From Azolla caroliniana (lineage: Eukaryota; Plantae; Polypodiophyta): DNA of 64,000 bases. Below the pieces are notes generated by a model. That model made no database searches. It was given only the letters and a program-made list of their open reading frames with translations, and was not told where the DNA came from. The stretch lies in the NCBI GenBank assembly GCA_043228905.1, contig JBHGNT010000011.1:13950001-14014000 (forward strand), read 5' to 3'. Below, in pieces: positions 10,946-24,634 of this stretch. The position numbers were made by a program, and so were the translations under genes. Position 1 is the first letter of the stretch, and each line of letters begins with the position of its first letter.

Positions 10946-10950
10946 GATAA

Positions 10951-11974
10951 TCGAGAGGCATTGCGCTGGAGGAGCTCACCAAAGTGGTGCATGACCTCTA
11001 GATTGCCCAGGCTCGGAGGGATGGCGGGGTTCAATCGTGTGATCGACGCCCGCCCAATGGCCTTAGGTGGATGTGGTACGATGACGTTGATCACATCTAA
11101 AGGGATTGCGATGACTTCGTTGAGGCGTTGAGGAACAATGTGGTATACCTATGGAACGATCGGGTACACGCGAGTGAAACACGAAGGCCCCTCGAGATGA
11201 ACACCGGACGAGGCGGTATGAAGAGGATAATGGAGGAGGTTGTGGCATGACACGTCGAAGCGATCCACTACTAGGCGTTGGCGGGTATTCAGGTCAGGGG
11301 GAGAAAGCCATTCATGGGAAATGATGTCAGATTTTGGCTGGTTATACTAGAAGGCTTTTATGGAAAGAAGCTGAAAAAGGAGGAGGCGGATCGCACGGAG
11401 GTCACCAGATGGAGCGATCCAGTGGAGGAGAAGACCGGCTTCGTGGAAGCTGCATGCCATAACTACGAAGTATTGGTCGAAGACAACTAGGTCGTGAGGG
11501 CCGGAGGGGCAGGCCCTTCAGGGAGGTGCGACACAAAGGAGTGAAGGTATCGACCCGTAGGAGAAGGCAAAGATAAAATTTATGAGCTTTCGACTGAGCT
11601 CGGAGATAGAGAAGACGAAAAACCTACGGAAGGTCTTAAAGGAGCGAATCCTCGACAGTCGGGTGGAACTCACGCTAAGAGAAGTACTAGGTATTGCCAA
11701 GAAGGAGTTCCACGACACGATCCTCGACCTGGTGAAGAGAAAGCAACTCTCGACGAAGCCGGAAAGCGAGAAACTGGTAGAGGTGAAAGCAGCCCAGATC
11801 GACGAGGTGGCGATGGAAGAGAAGTTTTCGGACAACCACGACACTAGGGCAAACTAGGCAAGGGCTACAATAGAGAGCTTGATCTGAGTCGGGGATGTAA
11901 AGGAGCCGGTGGTGGCCTTGATTGACCATGGATTGGAAATTAATTTGATGTCCATGGATTTCAACAAGAAGGGA
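10951..11974 (+). pseudogene. Decayed gag-protease fragment of a Gypsy-A relative
   Basis: Peptides WSDPVEEKTGFVEAAC, LRKVLKERILDSRVELTLREVLGIAKKEFHD and ALIDHGLEIN match Gypsy-A ORF1. Confidence 0.88.
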
Positions 11975-13252
11975 TTTTATTCACGGTTTATGGTGGGGAG
12001 TAGCGTTAATAAAGGATTATATAGATTTTTGTTTTAATTTAAACCACAATGCTACATCTTATGGGTTTTACAACATGTAGCATTGCATTCCAATGCAGAT
12101 TCAATTCGTTTTTCATGTTTAGCATTGCCCTTTTGCTACAAAATGTGCATATGCCATTACGTAGTAGTGTTCTTGACAACTTTTAGGCTAATCTAACATA
12201 GAGACATATACATATTAGCCTCTCCTCCTTTAAAGGTTACATACGCATATGCATCAATTATATGTAGGTAACACATCTAGATGTTTTGGACCCGTTTGAG
12301 GAAAACAAAAATGTAATCCCGAAATAGTGCAACAAATTTGTACAATTGTTTGAAGGTGACCTTGACAATCACTTTTTTTTGTTCATATAGACATAAATTA
12401 TATGTAGGCACATACAAATTTTTTGGACCACTTTGAGGAAACAACATGATTAGGGTATAATACAACTTTGGGCCCTAGATTAATTAAGGTTAAGAGCCCA
12501 AATTCGCTTTGATCACAAAAAACCATTTATTTATCTCCACAATCATAAAATTATATATGAGTAAATTACCAAACTTTTGGGCCAATTTGAGCAACAAACA
12601 AAATGCAACCCTACATCAGTTAATGTAGGGCCCAATATGCCCTTGTTCCAACTCAAATTCTTTTGTTTCCACACAAAGGAAATCATGTGTAGGTGACATA
12701 TCTACAAATTTGAACCTATGTGACCAAGAAAAGAATTGCAATTCCAAAACAAAGCTAGTATGGGCCTTCCATCAACCAATGTTGGGTCCAAAGTGACACT
12801 ATTCTAGAATTATTACTATTTAGTCTCTATAGTCATGAATTGTATGTAGGTAACAATCTTAAAATTTTGGACCTCTCTAGAGTCTAAGCAAAGGAAATAT
12901 ATTTTCTAAACAAGTTGAATTTGGCCCCAACTTTGGCAGGAACTATTCCAAAGTTTGGTTTTGTTTGTCCCCATAAATTTTTCAACACTCGAAAGAAATA
13001 TAAAATGCACCGTGAAATGGTATTTGTTATTCACCTTGGGAGATAGGTCTTATGCTTGATTCTTGACAAACCTTTCGCAGTTTTATTTGTTTGTTTTAAA
13101 TTATTTACTATGTGGGAATTCAAAGTAAATCTACGTTGAAGTTAAGTTTTATTTTAAGGTAGTGATTTCGCACAATTTGCAAAAATCCTAAGTTGGCAAT
13201 ACGGTTCAAATAAAATTAGAAGTGAATAAGGGTTATATTTTTCCATTGATAT

Positions 13253-13714
13253 TGTTAATAATTAGAAGATTAACTAAGAGTTAATCAGTATCTAATTATG
13301 TGAGTATTTAATCACGTGTGTGATTAAGTTATGGAAGATTATGTGATATGTGTTTGTGAGAGGAAGTTACACTTATCAATAGTAAATGGGGATTGATTAA
13401 TGAGTGTAGCACAAAGAACTCTTACTTGTATTAAAAAGATATCATCAAGTTACAAAAATACCCACAATGAGGTATATATACATCTCATGTGCAAGGGTGT
13501 ACATGTGTGAGGAGAATATAGGTACAAGGATGTAAGTTCTATATTCAATGAACTTGGTAGTGGAGGAATCGAGAATCTAGAATGTATCCCACTCAAGTAC
13601 AAAATCCTATTTAAGGTTTTATGGTCAACACTTCTAACTAGATTCTAATTATGTAACTACTAAGTTACATAGTTGACTAAATAGTTAAACCTAGTTGAGT
13701 TTGATATCTCAACA
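13253..13714. mobile_element. Possible old solo LTR
   Basis: TGTT...CAACA ends; the right end resembles the Copia-D LTR end (AGTTGAG.TTGAT.TCTCAACA). TSD only 3/5, so the left boundary is uncertain. Confidence 0.35.
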
Positions 13715-13947
13715 AATACTTTGAACCGAATAGCCATTATTCCATATTTGTATGTTTATGTATGTATATACTTTTTTGTAACAATAGGGCATTCTATTGA
13801 GAAAGATATGTGCACATGTGTGCATGTGAAGTATATTTTATAATAATTATGGTGCAATAGAACAAACCTAGGACTTAATTATAAATGTATCATGACTTCG
13901 ATTATATTCCCTTATTTGGATTGTTATAAATTTAGTTTGAACAAAAC

Positions 13948-15799
13948 AGCATGGTACAACCTATCATGTTGGACAATCTCCAAGGAAAGTATACATCAGA
14001 TTTAGCGATTGGTACACAATTACATTTGGTCTGGTAAGGAAGATCATGTAACTCGTGCCAAGGTGGCATGGCCTATACTCACAACACTTAAGTCGAGAGG
14101 GACATTGGGTCTTATTGATCCCCTCTCACAATCAAAAGCCTTACTTGCCAAATTTGTGGTGCGAGAACTCCAACCAAGAAATGACTGTTGGAAAATGCTA
14201 TTGCTGTTACGTTTCGCTTACTTTAGGCCACGAAAATGGGTCAATTGGGCCTCCCAAATGGGATGGATTCTAAACATGGATCTCAAACCTAGTTTCTCCC
14301 GCCGATTGGAGGATAGATTCAGTGCATCCATGTGGAAGGCATGGTGTGACATTAGACGAGGGCTCAAGTGCGATCAACTGAGTTCCGAACCTGCTTGGCT
14401 TAGCCAACGTATCCTATGGAACCCATGTATCAAGGATGAATCTAATCAACTACTTGGATCAAGTAAGGGGTTGTCATGGGGATACATTGCAAAAGGTCCA
14501 GGAAAAAGTATAGAATGTTGGAGATGGTTTATGTCATTGCCAATACAAGACCAAGCCAACATATTCCATGGAATCAGGGGCGGATGGATTATGAGATCGG
14601 AAATCATTAACGCTCTATTGATTAAGGAAGCCGCTACTCAAAGGACGACAATGGAGAAATGGATAGGCCACGAGGAGGAGGGATCTTTGATCTCGAGAGG
14701 TACATGAACACCAGACCGGATCGAAGGCTCTGAATTGAGAGTCACTGAGACACCAACATAGAATAACGCAATTCGAGTACTCGCGTATACTGGTCATAAA
14801 TGGATTGTAGATCTTGATCTGATCAAAGTACAACCCGATTGGCACATATGTACTCATGAAAACACATGGCTACGTAAGGTTAGTTGGGACCCTTTGCAAT
14901 GGACATGGCGTAATCCTTACGCAGGGAAGGAAGCAAACCCATCCCTTTCTTCCAATTCACAACTAGATTGGGTCGACACATTCTACCTGCTCAACCCGCC
15001 CGAGAGTCGACTGCTGCAAAGGTCTGGCACACATATCAAGTTCCTCAGACAATTATCACCAAGTTTTGGCAGAAATTCTGGAAACAACAACACGCGAGGC
15101 GAATTACCACATTCCAATGGCTATTAATACATAAGTCACTACCGGTGGGAGCATGGCAATGTGGGAACCTTAGCTCTCTTAATTGTGTAGCATGCCCAAA
15201 TGCAATAGAATCAATATGACACGCTCTGTGGGACTGCACAACATCCCATCGAATATGGCGGGGGGTTGGCCGCTTGTTGCAATTATGCCAAGTGCAAGGC
15301 TCAATCAAGTGGGGAAATATATGCTAGCTATCATGGCAGACCCCAGTTGGCAGATACGAGCATCCAGATAAAAGCACAAGAAGTTTTTTTCTCCACCATC
15401 GGTAATGTCCACTCAACTCCTTTTAATGACAAATCTCAAGTTGTGTTGGAATTGGTCAGCCCAATAACTCTTTGGATTCTATGGAAACAACGGTGTAGGC
15501 GGGTCTTCTCCAACCAAATTGCGCATCCAACAATGTTACTACAAGAGATATGGAGTGAAATTGTAGCCACTCTAAAGAGCCAATATGATGGCCTAAAGGG
15601 CGGCTCCTATGGAGTTGAAAGACAACAAATAGCCTTTATCCAACAATGGTCGTCCTCTCCCTTTCTTGAGTCAGTGGGCATCCATATAAGATGGAACTAT
15701 CGCGTCCCTACAGGGATTTGTACATAATAATCTCATTTGTGAAATTTTATAACTAATGGAAGGAGTTTTTTTTGGAAAAAAATAAAAGAAAAGAAAAGG
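13948..15799 (+). mobile_element. 5'-truncated L1-like LINE (ORF2 C-terminal region)
   Basis: KVAW...GTLGL, CxxC...ESI.H..WDC and LWILWKQRC..VF motifs; A-rich tail. 13-bp TSD GTTTGAACA(A/G)AAC (13935-13947, 15800-15812). Same family as 45276-49837. Confidence 0.92.
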
Positions 15800-15977
15800 T
15801 TTGAACAGAACTATTTAATAAAAATAAAAGAATACAATATGCACAAGATTGCACTAGTTTTTGTTAAGCATTTGAAATCAATACTTATCTTAAAGAAGAG
15901 CCAAAAATATTATATAATGAAATTAGACGAGCCACATGGTTACAACAAGGAAACACGTGGTAAAATGTGAATGTGTC

Positions 15978-16549
15978 TACCAATGGGCACGGTTTCAGCT
16001 CAAACCGAATTGAACCGTTAAGCCATGGTTTAACGGTTTATTGGTTCCAAAAAAATTTAATGGTTTGGTTTGGTTTGGATTCTTGATAAACGGTTCGGTT
16101 CAATTCTAAGGTTTACAAGTTTGGTTTAAAGGTTTTTGGTTAACTTTTTTTTTTTTACCTTAATAGTTTATTGATGTAATGGTTTAATTCATGGTCTTTT
16201 CTTGATTTAATTAATTTAACTTAAATGTTTATTTAATTTAATGGTTCAATTAAAGTTTCTTTTATTGATTTAATAAATTTAACTTAAATGCTTACTTAAT
16301 TTAATGTATTTTTGTTTCATTAGATGTTTAACTAGTTTGACTTAAGTGGTTAGGTTTAAATTTTTTATTAAATGGTCCGGTTTGGTTTCAACTTTTCCCT
16401 AAACGGTTTGGTTTTAAATGATTTGTTTTTAACTTTTCCTAAATGGTTTGGTTTAAATATTGAGAGTTCATAAACTGTTTGGTTTGGTTTGGTTTGGTTT
16501 CTTTGCCTTGAAACCAAACCAAACCGAAACCGAACTGTGCCTATTGCTA
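15978..16549. mobile_element. Non-autonomous hAT element (MITE)
   Basis: TIRs TACCAATGGGCACGGTT / AACTGTGCCTATTGCTA; perfect 8-bp TSD AATGTGTC; subterminal AACCG/GGTTT repeats. Same family as 55944-56503. Confidence 0.92.
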
Positions 16550-16990
16550 AATGTGTCAACATACATTTTGTTGAAATCAAAGGCACCGATTGCAAGGATA
16601 TAATTAAGGACAAGTGGATGTTCAAACGGGAACATAGCGGTGTATGTTCCAAAGAGGTGTTACTATTTTTATTTGGCAAGAGAGCTCTTGAAAGCTATAT
16701 TTTCAGGTTTGGAAATTTTATGATTCAAATGCCTAGGTTTTGATAGTAAACCAGATCAGAGGGTTGTGAATCACAAGGGCATGGGGAAGCCCTATGACGA
16801 ACAAGACAATGTTATCATCGATCATAGACTCACCACCCCAAAACTCAAATATATCCCCTCCACTCTATTTTATTGTTATTTCTTCTTACTCTATGTGAAA
16901 GGACTCACATGTCAGGTAATTTGGGTTATCTTGTTTGATTTTTCCATAAATCCATTGCAATCATTGTATATCATAAAAGACAATAGAAGC

Positions 16991-17252
16991 CATCATGCTA
17001 AGGTTAAAATTTCAACAATAGCCATTGTGTTAAGTGTTAGAGACCTCAATAGCAACAAATGCATGGAGGATCAAAAGCCTTAATAGCATTGTGTTGAGAG
17101 TTAAAAACCTCAACAATAATCATCATGTTGAGGGTTAAACCTTAGGAAAAACCATTACACGCATAGACAACCAACGATCATGTTGAGGTTGAAATTTTCA
17201 ACAAAAACCATCATGTTGAGGCTAAAAACCTCAACAAAAAATCATTGTGTGC
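16991..17252. repeat. Degenerate 32-34 bp tandem repeats with internal palindrome
   Basis: About 7 units like CATCATGTTGAGGCTAAAAACCTCAACAAAAA (TGTTGAGG/CCTCAACA arms). Confidence 0.7.
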
Positions 17253-17509
17253 ACAATTACGCCTAACCATAGTAGTAAGGTCCAAAAACTAAATGTCCCC
17301 AATCTTGCTATAAGGTTTTAAACCTTAACCTGAAATATAGCATAGAGATTACAATAATCACCATTTTGGGATCTAATCAAAATCCTCAATCAAAACATTT
17401 TGTAAAGCTCACCTTAAACAAATATGTTGAAGTTTAGAAATTGATGTGTAGAGATAGCCAACATTTCTCATTGTGTTGGCTAAGGAAAAGACCCACACCC
17501 GAATATAGT

Positions 17510-17655
17510 GAAATGCACGTGCATGCACATGATATACATATACATACACACACACACACACAGATATACATATACATATATATATTGTGGTGCGCATGTG
17601 TTTCTTTATGTGCATTTCACAATATATATATATATGTATATATATACAAACACAT
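17510..17655. repeat. (TA)/(CA)/(CATA) microsatellite complex
   Basis: Direct reading. Confidence 0.85.
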
Positions 17656-19058
17656 TCATCTCTATCCACATAAAATGGTTCCATACTACATGATTCTCGT
17701 AGAGAATTCCCCACTTTGCATCAAATAAATCAAACTCACCCTAAGGTACCCATGGTTACTTACTAGCAAGTTTATGGAATGATTTGGTTTCCAAGGTTGA
17801 TAAGAACATTTGGAAATGGCACCTCCATGACACTTGGCCCTAAAAATACTAATGACAGGCTAGGAGGTGGGCATAAAATTATCGACCTAAATGAACATTA
17901 TGTTATGTTTAGGGTTCAGAATTGGCCAACTACTTAGCCTACTACTGGTTACTTAGGGATATGATTCAACCGACAATGGCAAGTAAAACAAAAACGTAAA
18001 ATACAACACATCGACACATTATGTGGAAAACCCTAAACGGGAAAAACCATGGGAGCCCTCTGACTCCAAAACTTCATTATGATCTGAGGTTCAAAAGATA
18101 AAGATAACAATCTCTCTAGATAACTCTAGAGGAATACCAGAAACTCAAAAGCCACAACCTTGGTAAAATCTTCGTCTCTCACAGTAGATGGAGACCACAT
18201 ATAACAGTAAGTAAACACAGAACGAAAGCATCTATTATTGTCAGATAGGAAAGGCTGCTCTGTCCAATGTGTTTGCAAGTCGGTAGGGTTTTTTGTCACT
18301 TTCACACGCTTTATTTTGTTCACAACACTTACATTCTCTTCTTCTATTTTGTTATTAGTTCTGCATAACAACACACTCTATGGCTTATGCATATATATAC
18401 ATACATATATATAATGTTTATGTGTACATATATATTATTTACATATTTGACCTTGAGCTGATTACAACGGCTCTTTGTTGTAAGCCGAATTGGCTCTCAG
18501 CCCAAAACGGCTCTCAACCAGCTTCTAGTCCCTCTGTCTACTTTCGGCTCTTGGCTGATCCATAGTCGGTTCATAGCCAGTATTTGGCTCTTTGACCAAT
18601 CCCAAAACCGGATTTTGGCTTTCACTTCTCCCATATGGAGGAAAACAACATAACAAACTCCCCCTTCATTCTTGTATGGGAGAGTCAACTAGACTTGTCC
18701 TCAGCCAGCAAACAGTTAGCTTTTCCATAGACAAAACCTTTGTTAGCATATCTGATCCATTTTCGTAAGTATGAATCTTCACTAGAGCAAACTCATTTTC
18801 ATCCACTCTCTCTCGTAACCAATGACACCTTCTTTGTATATGCTTGGTACGAGAGTGGTAGGCATCGTTATTGACAAGGTGGATGACACTTTGATTATCA
18901 CAGTGAAGTAGGAATTTTGCTTGCTTTATTCTTAGCTCACTCAAAAAATCCCTCATCCAAATTAGTTCCTAGTTGGCGTCGACCGCAACCTTATACTCAG
19001 CCTCTATGGTCAACAAAGCCACAACCTTTTGCAATCTTGAATGACATGACATGGCTCC

Positions 19059-19494
19059 TATTAAGAGTCTATTACTAATCAATAGACCAAACTAAAGTAA
19101 AAGAAGGAAAATAGAATGGATAGAAGAACCCGTTCTACCCGACCACCCCCGAGCTATGATCTAGACATAGCCATCCTAATACCTTGGAAGAGATAAACAC
19201 GATCGTCGAGACGAAAGCCTAGCCCGCACCACCGGTGTCTAAGACAGTAGCCTTCCGACGTAATGTCATTATGAGGGTAGCTAAGCCTCATATTTATACC
19301 TTTTCCTAGGCCCCTTGAATAGATGTGCCTTTCTAAAAGGCTCTCCATTCATTGGTTGTCCAAATCATGATAGTGCATGCACTTATCATTCCTTCTATCC
19401 AATCATTAGTCCCCTTTTTAACATTAGTGAACATACCCTTCACTAATGTAAATATTGGTGACCTACCCTCACCAACGTTATGTGTACATAACAT
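19059..19494. mobile_element. Solo-LTR-like insertion in Copia-C RNase H
   Basis: Flanked by a GCTCC duplication (19054-19058, 19495-19499); removal restores GYVMTYAGGAMS. Confidence 0.75.
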
Positions 19495-20333
19495 GCTCCC
19501 CCTGCATAGGTCATTACATATCCTAATGTTCAGCTAGAATCAACATCACCCGACATATCAAAATTTGTGAAACCTTCAAGCATAGGTTTCTCGAAGCTAT
19601 ACTTGAGGCATACACTCGAGGTGCATTTCAAGTATCTCAATATCCATTTCACTACAACACAATGCTCTTTTCCTTGATTGCTCATGTATTGGTTGATTGT
19701 CCCAACAACAAATGCAATGACCGACCTAGAGCAAACCATAGCATACATTAGGTTCCCAACAGCCGAGGCATATGATACCTTTCTCATCTCAGCCTTATCC
19801 TTCTCATTTTTTGGACATTGACTAGAATTTGGCTTACAGTTTACCGACAGTGAAAATCCAACAAGTTTTGCATCATACATATTAAATCTTTGCAATACTT
19901 TTGTCACATATTTCTCTTGTGACAACTACAACATATTTTTAGTCCTATCCCAGACAATGTGCATTCCCAAAATTTGTCTTGTTGGACCTAAATCCTTCAT
20001 AACAAAGGATTTCCTTAGAGCTTTCTTCAAGCTTGCAATCTTATTAGCATCCTCTTGAAAAATTAGGATATCATCTACATAAATTAGGAGAATCAGGAAA
20101 TCACCTTTAGCATACCTATTCACAAAAACACAATGATCGGCTTGTGTTTTGTGGAATCCATGTTTCAACATGAAGGATTCAAACTTCTTATACCACTATC
20201 GAGGGGCTTGTTTCAACCCATACGAGCTCTTCCTCAACCTGCATACAAGGTTCTCCTTTCCTTTCACCTCAAAACCCTTAGGTTGCTACATAAAGATTTC
20301 TTCTTCTAAATCACCCCGTAGGAATGTTGTCTT

Positions 20334-20634
20334 AGTTGGGGACAAGGTCGTCAGTGCGGAAGAACAAACAACATCTGTGATGTTGAAGAACCTGTGTATG
20401 AGAATAAACAAGATACAGAGAGAGAGAGAGAGAGAGATAGGCACAAAGAAACGTTTTATTTCTTAATAGCAACAGTTACAAAATGACCACCAACACCCAC
20501 TAAGGGTTACAAAGTCACTTTATATAGTGACTATCCTAGGGCAACTACCCTTTATGCTATTTACAGAAATAGTCCAAACTTGGGCAGTCCAAAGGGACAG
20601 TGTGAATACAGCCATTATACACTTGTATTCGACA
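20334..20634. mobile_element. Solo LTR (301 bp) in Copia-C RT
   Basis: TSD GTCTT on both sides; ends ...TCGACA; removal restores QLDVKTTFL. Confidence 0.85.
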
Positions 20635-23600
20635 GTCTTTACATCTAGTTGTTCAATCTCCAGATTCATATTGGCAGGTATGCTCAAAATAGTCTGGATG
20701 GATGTCATCTTTACTATTAGAGCAAATATCTCATAAAAAACAACACCCTTTTTTCGTTGGAAGCCCTTCACCACTATTCAGGCTTTATACCTAGGTGGCT
20801 TGCCATCTTCTTCCGTTTTTAACTTGTAAACCCACTTGTTTCTGAGTGCCTTCTTTTCCTCAGGTAGCTCCATCAACTCATCGGTATGGTTCTCATGCAA
20901 GGGATCCATCTCATCTTGCATTGCATTTAGCCACTCCTCATTCGCTTCTAATTAAGATGAGGCACCCATTTCTTTTCTTCTCGTCTCTTCATTCAAAAGA
21001 ATCGTCTTAACAGCCTCCAAGGACAACTTGCCCTCTTGACAAGAGTTGGTGTGTGTCACTACAAGGGTTTCCTAGATATCCAGAAGGGTAGAAAGTAGCA
21101 ATAGGACATGTAGCTCATCTTCTAAAGGCATCTTGGTTGAGGCTAGTTGATTCACTAGACCCATGAAAGTACCGGTGTGCACCACAATGCTATCACCAAG
21201 AGAGTACTTTAGCCTCATGAGCTTTCTCATTAGTGATGCTTTATGGAGAGCATTTTTCCTTTCATACATGCCGGCCAACTTATGCCATAGGTCGTAGGCA
21301 TTAGTATCGTTTGCCACATGTTGAAGGATGCTCATGTCTACAAACTGTTTGATAGTAAGTATGGCCTTTCTATGCAACATCTTCCACTTTGACTCAACCA
21401 GACCGATTTTTCGTTACGCCCATTTCGTGCCGAAGGGACCAAAAGCGATCCGCCGAAAGACACTTGGTCATTCCATCTACAACATTATCAATTGTGGATA
21501 TCTTCTCGAGACCGATTTTCCTTGAAATGACGCAGTCCCGAACAAACTGATATTGAACGTCGATATGCTTGGAGGCGTTGTGTTGAACCGGATTTTTTGA
21601 CAAAGCAACAACACCTTGACTGTCGCTGTAGATAATTGGAGCCGAGTCGAAGTCGACTTGTCGAAACGTGTGCGCCAACCGACCAAGCCATAAAGCTTCT
21701 TTTGCCGCGTCGGACGCAGCTACATATTCTGCTTCAGTCGTTGAGGTGGTTGTGCACTCCTGAAGTTTCGACTTCCATGAGATTGCTCCATTGCCGAATT
21801 TGAAACAATATCCAGTTGTTGATTTTCGACTGTCCACACAGCCGGTGAAGTCCCAAGTCGGTGTAACTAACTACGCCTGAGGTTGAGTTCAAGCCAAAAA
21901 GAATGTCGTGGTCTTTTGTGCCAACTAGATATCCGAACACATGCTTGATTGTGTTCAAGTGCGATCGGCCTGGGTTGTGCATGAATCTGTTCACGACTTC
22001 TACGGCGTGAGAAATATCAGGCCGTGTCGCGACCATCGCGTACATAAGGGAGCCGACTACCGGTGCATACGGTATTGAGTTCATATCTTCCCTCTCCGAA
22101 CTGGATGTCGGGCAGTCTCGCTGAGCCAGCCGAAGGTTAATGGGGAGTGGGGTCGAAACAGAATTGGCCGAGTGCATGTTGAAGCATTCCAAGACATGTT
22201 TGATGTAGTCGGTTTGAGACAAGAAAAGTTGTTGTTTATCACGATGCCGACTAATCTTCATACCAAGTATGTGTCTTGCCAGACTGAGGTCCTTCATGGC
22301 AAACTTCAACCGCAGTTTCCGAACGAGTTTGGTGAGCTCTCCGGCATGTCAGCCGAAGAGTAGCATGTCATCCACGTAAATGATGAGGAAGACGGGAAAC
22401 CCGTCTTGAGCTGTTTTGGTGAAGAGACAGTGGTGCTCATTGCTCTTGGAGAAGCCGACCAATTGGATGAAGTCGTCGAACTTCCTGTACTTCTATCGGG
22501 GTGCCTGTTTCAGGTTGTATAAACTCTTCCTGAGTCGGCAGACTAGATGTTCCTGGCCGGATGCCACAAAGCCTTTCGGCTGCTCCATATAGATTTCCTC
22601 CTGTAGGTCACCATGGAGGAATGTCGTTTTTACATCTAGCTGAATTAGCTCCAAGTTGTCGGCGGCCACGACGCCGAGCATGAAACAGAGGGTTGTCACT
22701 TTCACCACTGGTGAAAAGATTTCGTCGAAGTCAACGCCATATTCTTGTCGAAATCCCTTCGCAACTAATCTAGCCTTGTACTTTGGGTTGGTCGAGTTGG
22801 ACGTCTCTTTTAGTCGATAGACCCACTTACACGGAAGAGAACATCAATTCTTCAGTAATTCAACCAATCCCAAGTCTTGTTTGCGCGAATGGAGTGCATT
22901 TCCGACTCCATCACCAGATGTCAGGTGGTTGAGTCGGCAGATGCCGATGCTTCTTCGTAAGATGTCGGTTCACCGGCGTCAGTAAAGAAAACTCCGGGAG
23001 AGTACCTTTCCGAAGGTTGCGACAGTCTCTCAGATCTTCGAGGTATGACTAGACTAGGCGCACCCGGTATAGGTGTCGGATGGTCGGAAGCCGAGCCATT
23101 CGGCTATGCTAAATCGGTGGATTCAAGACGGGAGGTGTCGGTTACCCGTGAAACCGATCTCGTGTTGTGGGTTGGGCCTTCATGAAGGGTTGGCACTTCG
23201 GAAAATATTACCCTTCGGACTTCAATAGGCCTTTCGGCCGTTTTATGCATAGCCGACTCGTTGAACACGACGTCTGAACTTCGGACAATTTGTCTGTGCT
23301 CGGGGTCCCAGAGTTGGTATCCGATCTCGCCGTCGGGTCCATATCCAAGGAAAACGCATTTCCTTGATCTTGGTTCGAGTTTCCGGCGGTGGTCTTTTGG
23401 TATGAGGGCATACACCTCGCAGCTGAAGATCCTCAGCTTGTCATAATTCGACTTACTGTCGGTCCATGTTTCCTGAGGTATTTTAAGTCTTAGAGGTCTA
23501 CTTGGCGACATATTTATTATGTGTACTGCTGTAAGTAGAGCCTCCAACCATAAGCTATCCGACAGTCCGGAGTGTTGGAGCATGGATACTATGCGTTCTT

Positions 23601-24634
23601 GAATCGTCTGATTCATGCGTTCAACAATTCCGTTCTCCTCTGGACTATAGGGTGTCGTATATTCACGTTGAATGCCGCGTTCCCGGCAAAATTTGACGAA
23701 TTCGTCAGACTTGAATTCTCCTCCATTATCGGTTCGGAGACATTTTAGTTTCCGACCGGTCTGGTTTTCGACCATTGCAAGCCATTCGGAGAAGATCGAG
23801 AACACCCGATCTTTGGTTCTAATGGGGTAAGCCCACACCTTCCGAGTTGAGTCATCAATAAAACTGACGAAGTACGAAGCACCGCCGAGAGACTGATGTG
23901 GCATCGGGCCACAGACGTCCGAGTGGACCAAATCAAGGGGACTCGATTTTCTTGGTGTTGATGTCGGGTGTGATGAGGCTACCTGTTTGCCGTACTGGCA
24001 ATGCTCCAGAATTGGTGATCCGAGAAGGAGAGCTTGGGGATGTACCCGGCTCTGGATAGGTCTGTTATGTCGACCTTGCTGAGGTGTCCAAGTCGTCCGT
24101 GCCATAACGATGACATGGGGATATCAACCAAAAATAAGTCACCCTCTTTGAGTGTGACATATAAAGGGTACAAAAGTGTACCTTTGGTCCTCGAGCAAGC
24201 AGGAGGTTCCCTTTGTGGAGTGTCCACCCTCCTGCTGAGAATTCGGCACGGATGCCGGCTTCGTCAAGTTGTCCGACTAAGATCAAGGGTCTTGAAAGCT
24301 CAAGAACATGTCGGACGTTGTGTAGTACAAGTGTAGAGCCACCCGGAAGGTTGAGCTCTACGGTGCCAATTCCGATTATGGCACAGTGTTGCGAGTTCTT
24401 GACTCGAACTGATTCGGAGTGCCGGTCCGAGTATTGCTGAAACTGAGATCGGTGAGGTGTCACATGATACGATGCGCTCGAGTCCAGGAGCCATGTGCTC
24501 TATTCCTTAGTCGTAAGCAGAACTTCTAATTCGACCGGGTTCTCTAAGGACAGTATGTTCAGGTCGGTCGTCAAAATTTCGGCTGAAGAGCCGACGTAGT
24601 TGACCTCCTCATGCCGGCTACTCTTTTGATCCGC

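Larger units (their letters stand above)
17962..21400 (-). mobile_element. Decayed, internally deleted Ty1/copia element related to Copia-A (Copia-C)
   Basis: 3' LTR about 17962-18655 (left edge approximate), PPT 18656-18668, and RNase H/RT fragments. Gag (LQHVANDTNAY...YERKNALH) is joined directly to the RT start at about 20945. Two nested insertions. Confidence 0.9.

Noticed and set aside
12000-13020. AT-rich region with recurring AAATTTTGGACC-like motifs
   Set aside because: Possibly an old DNA transposon, but no TIR, TSD or ORF could be defined.
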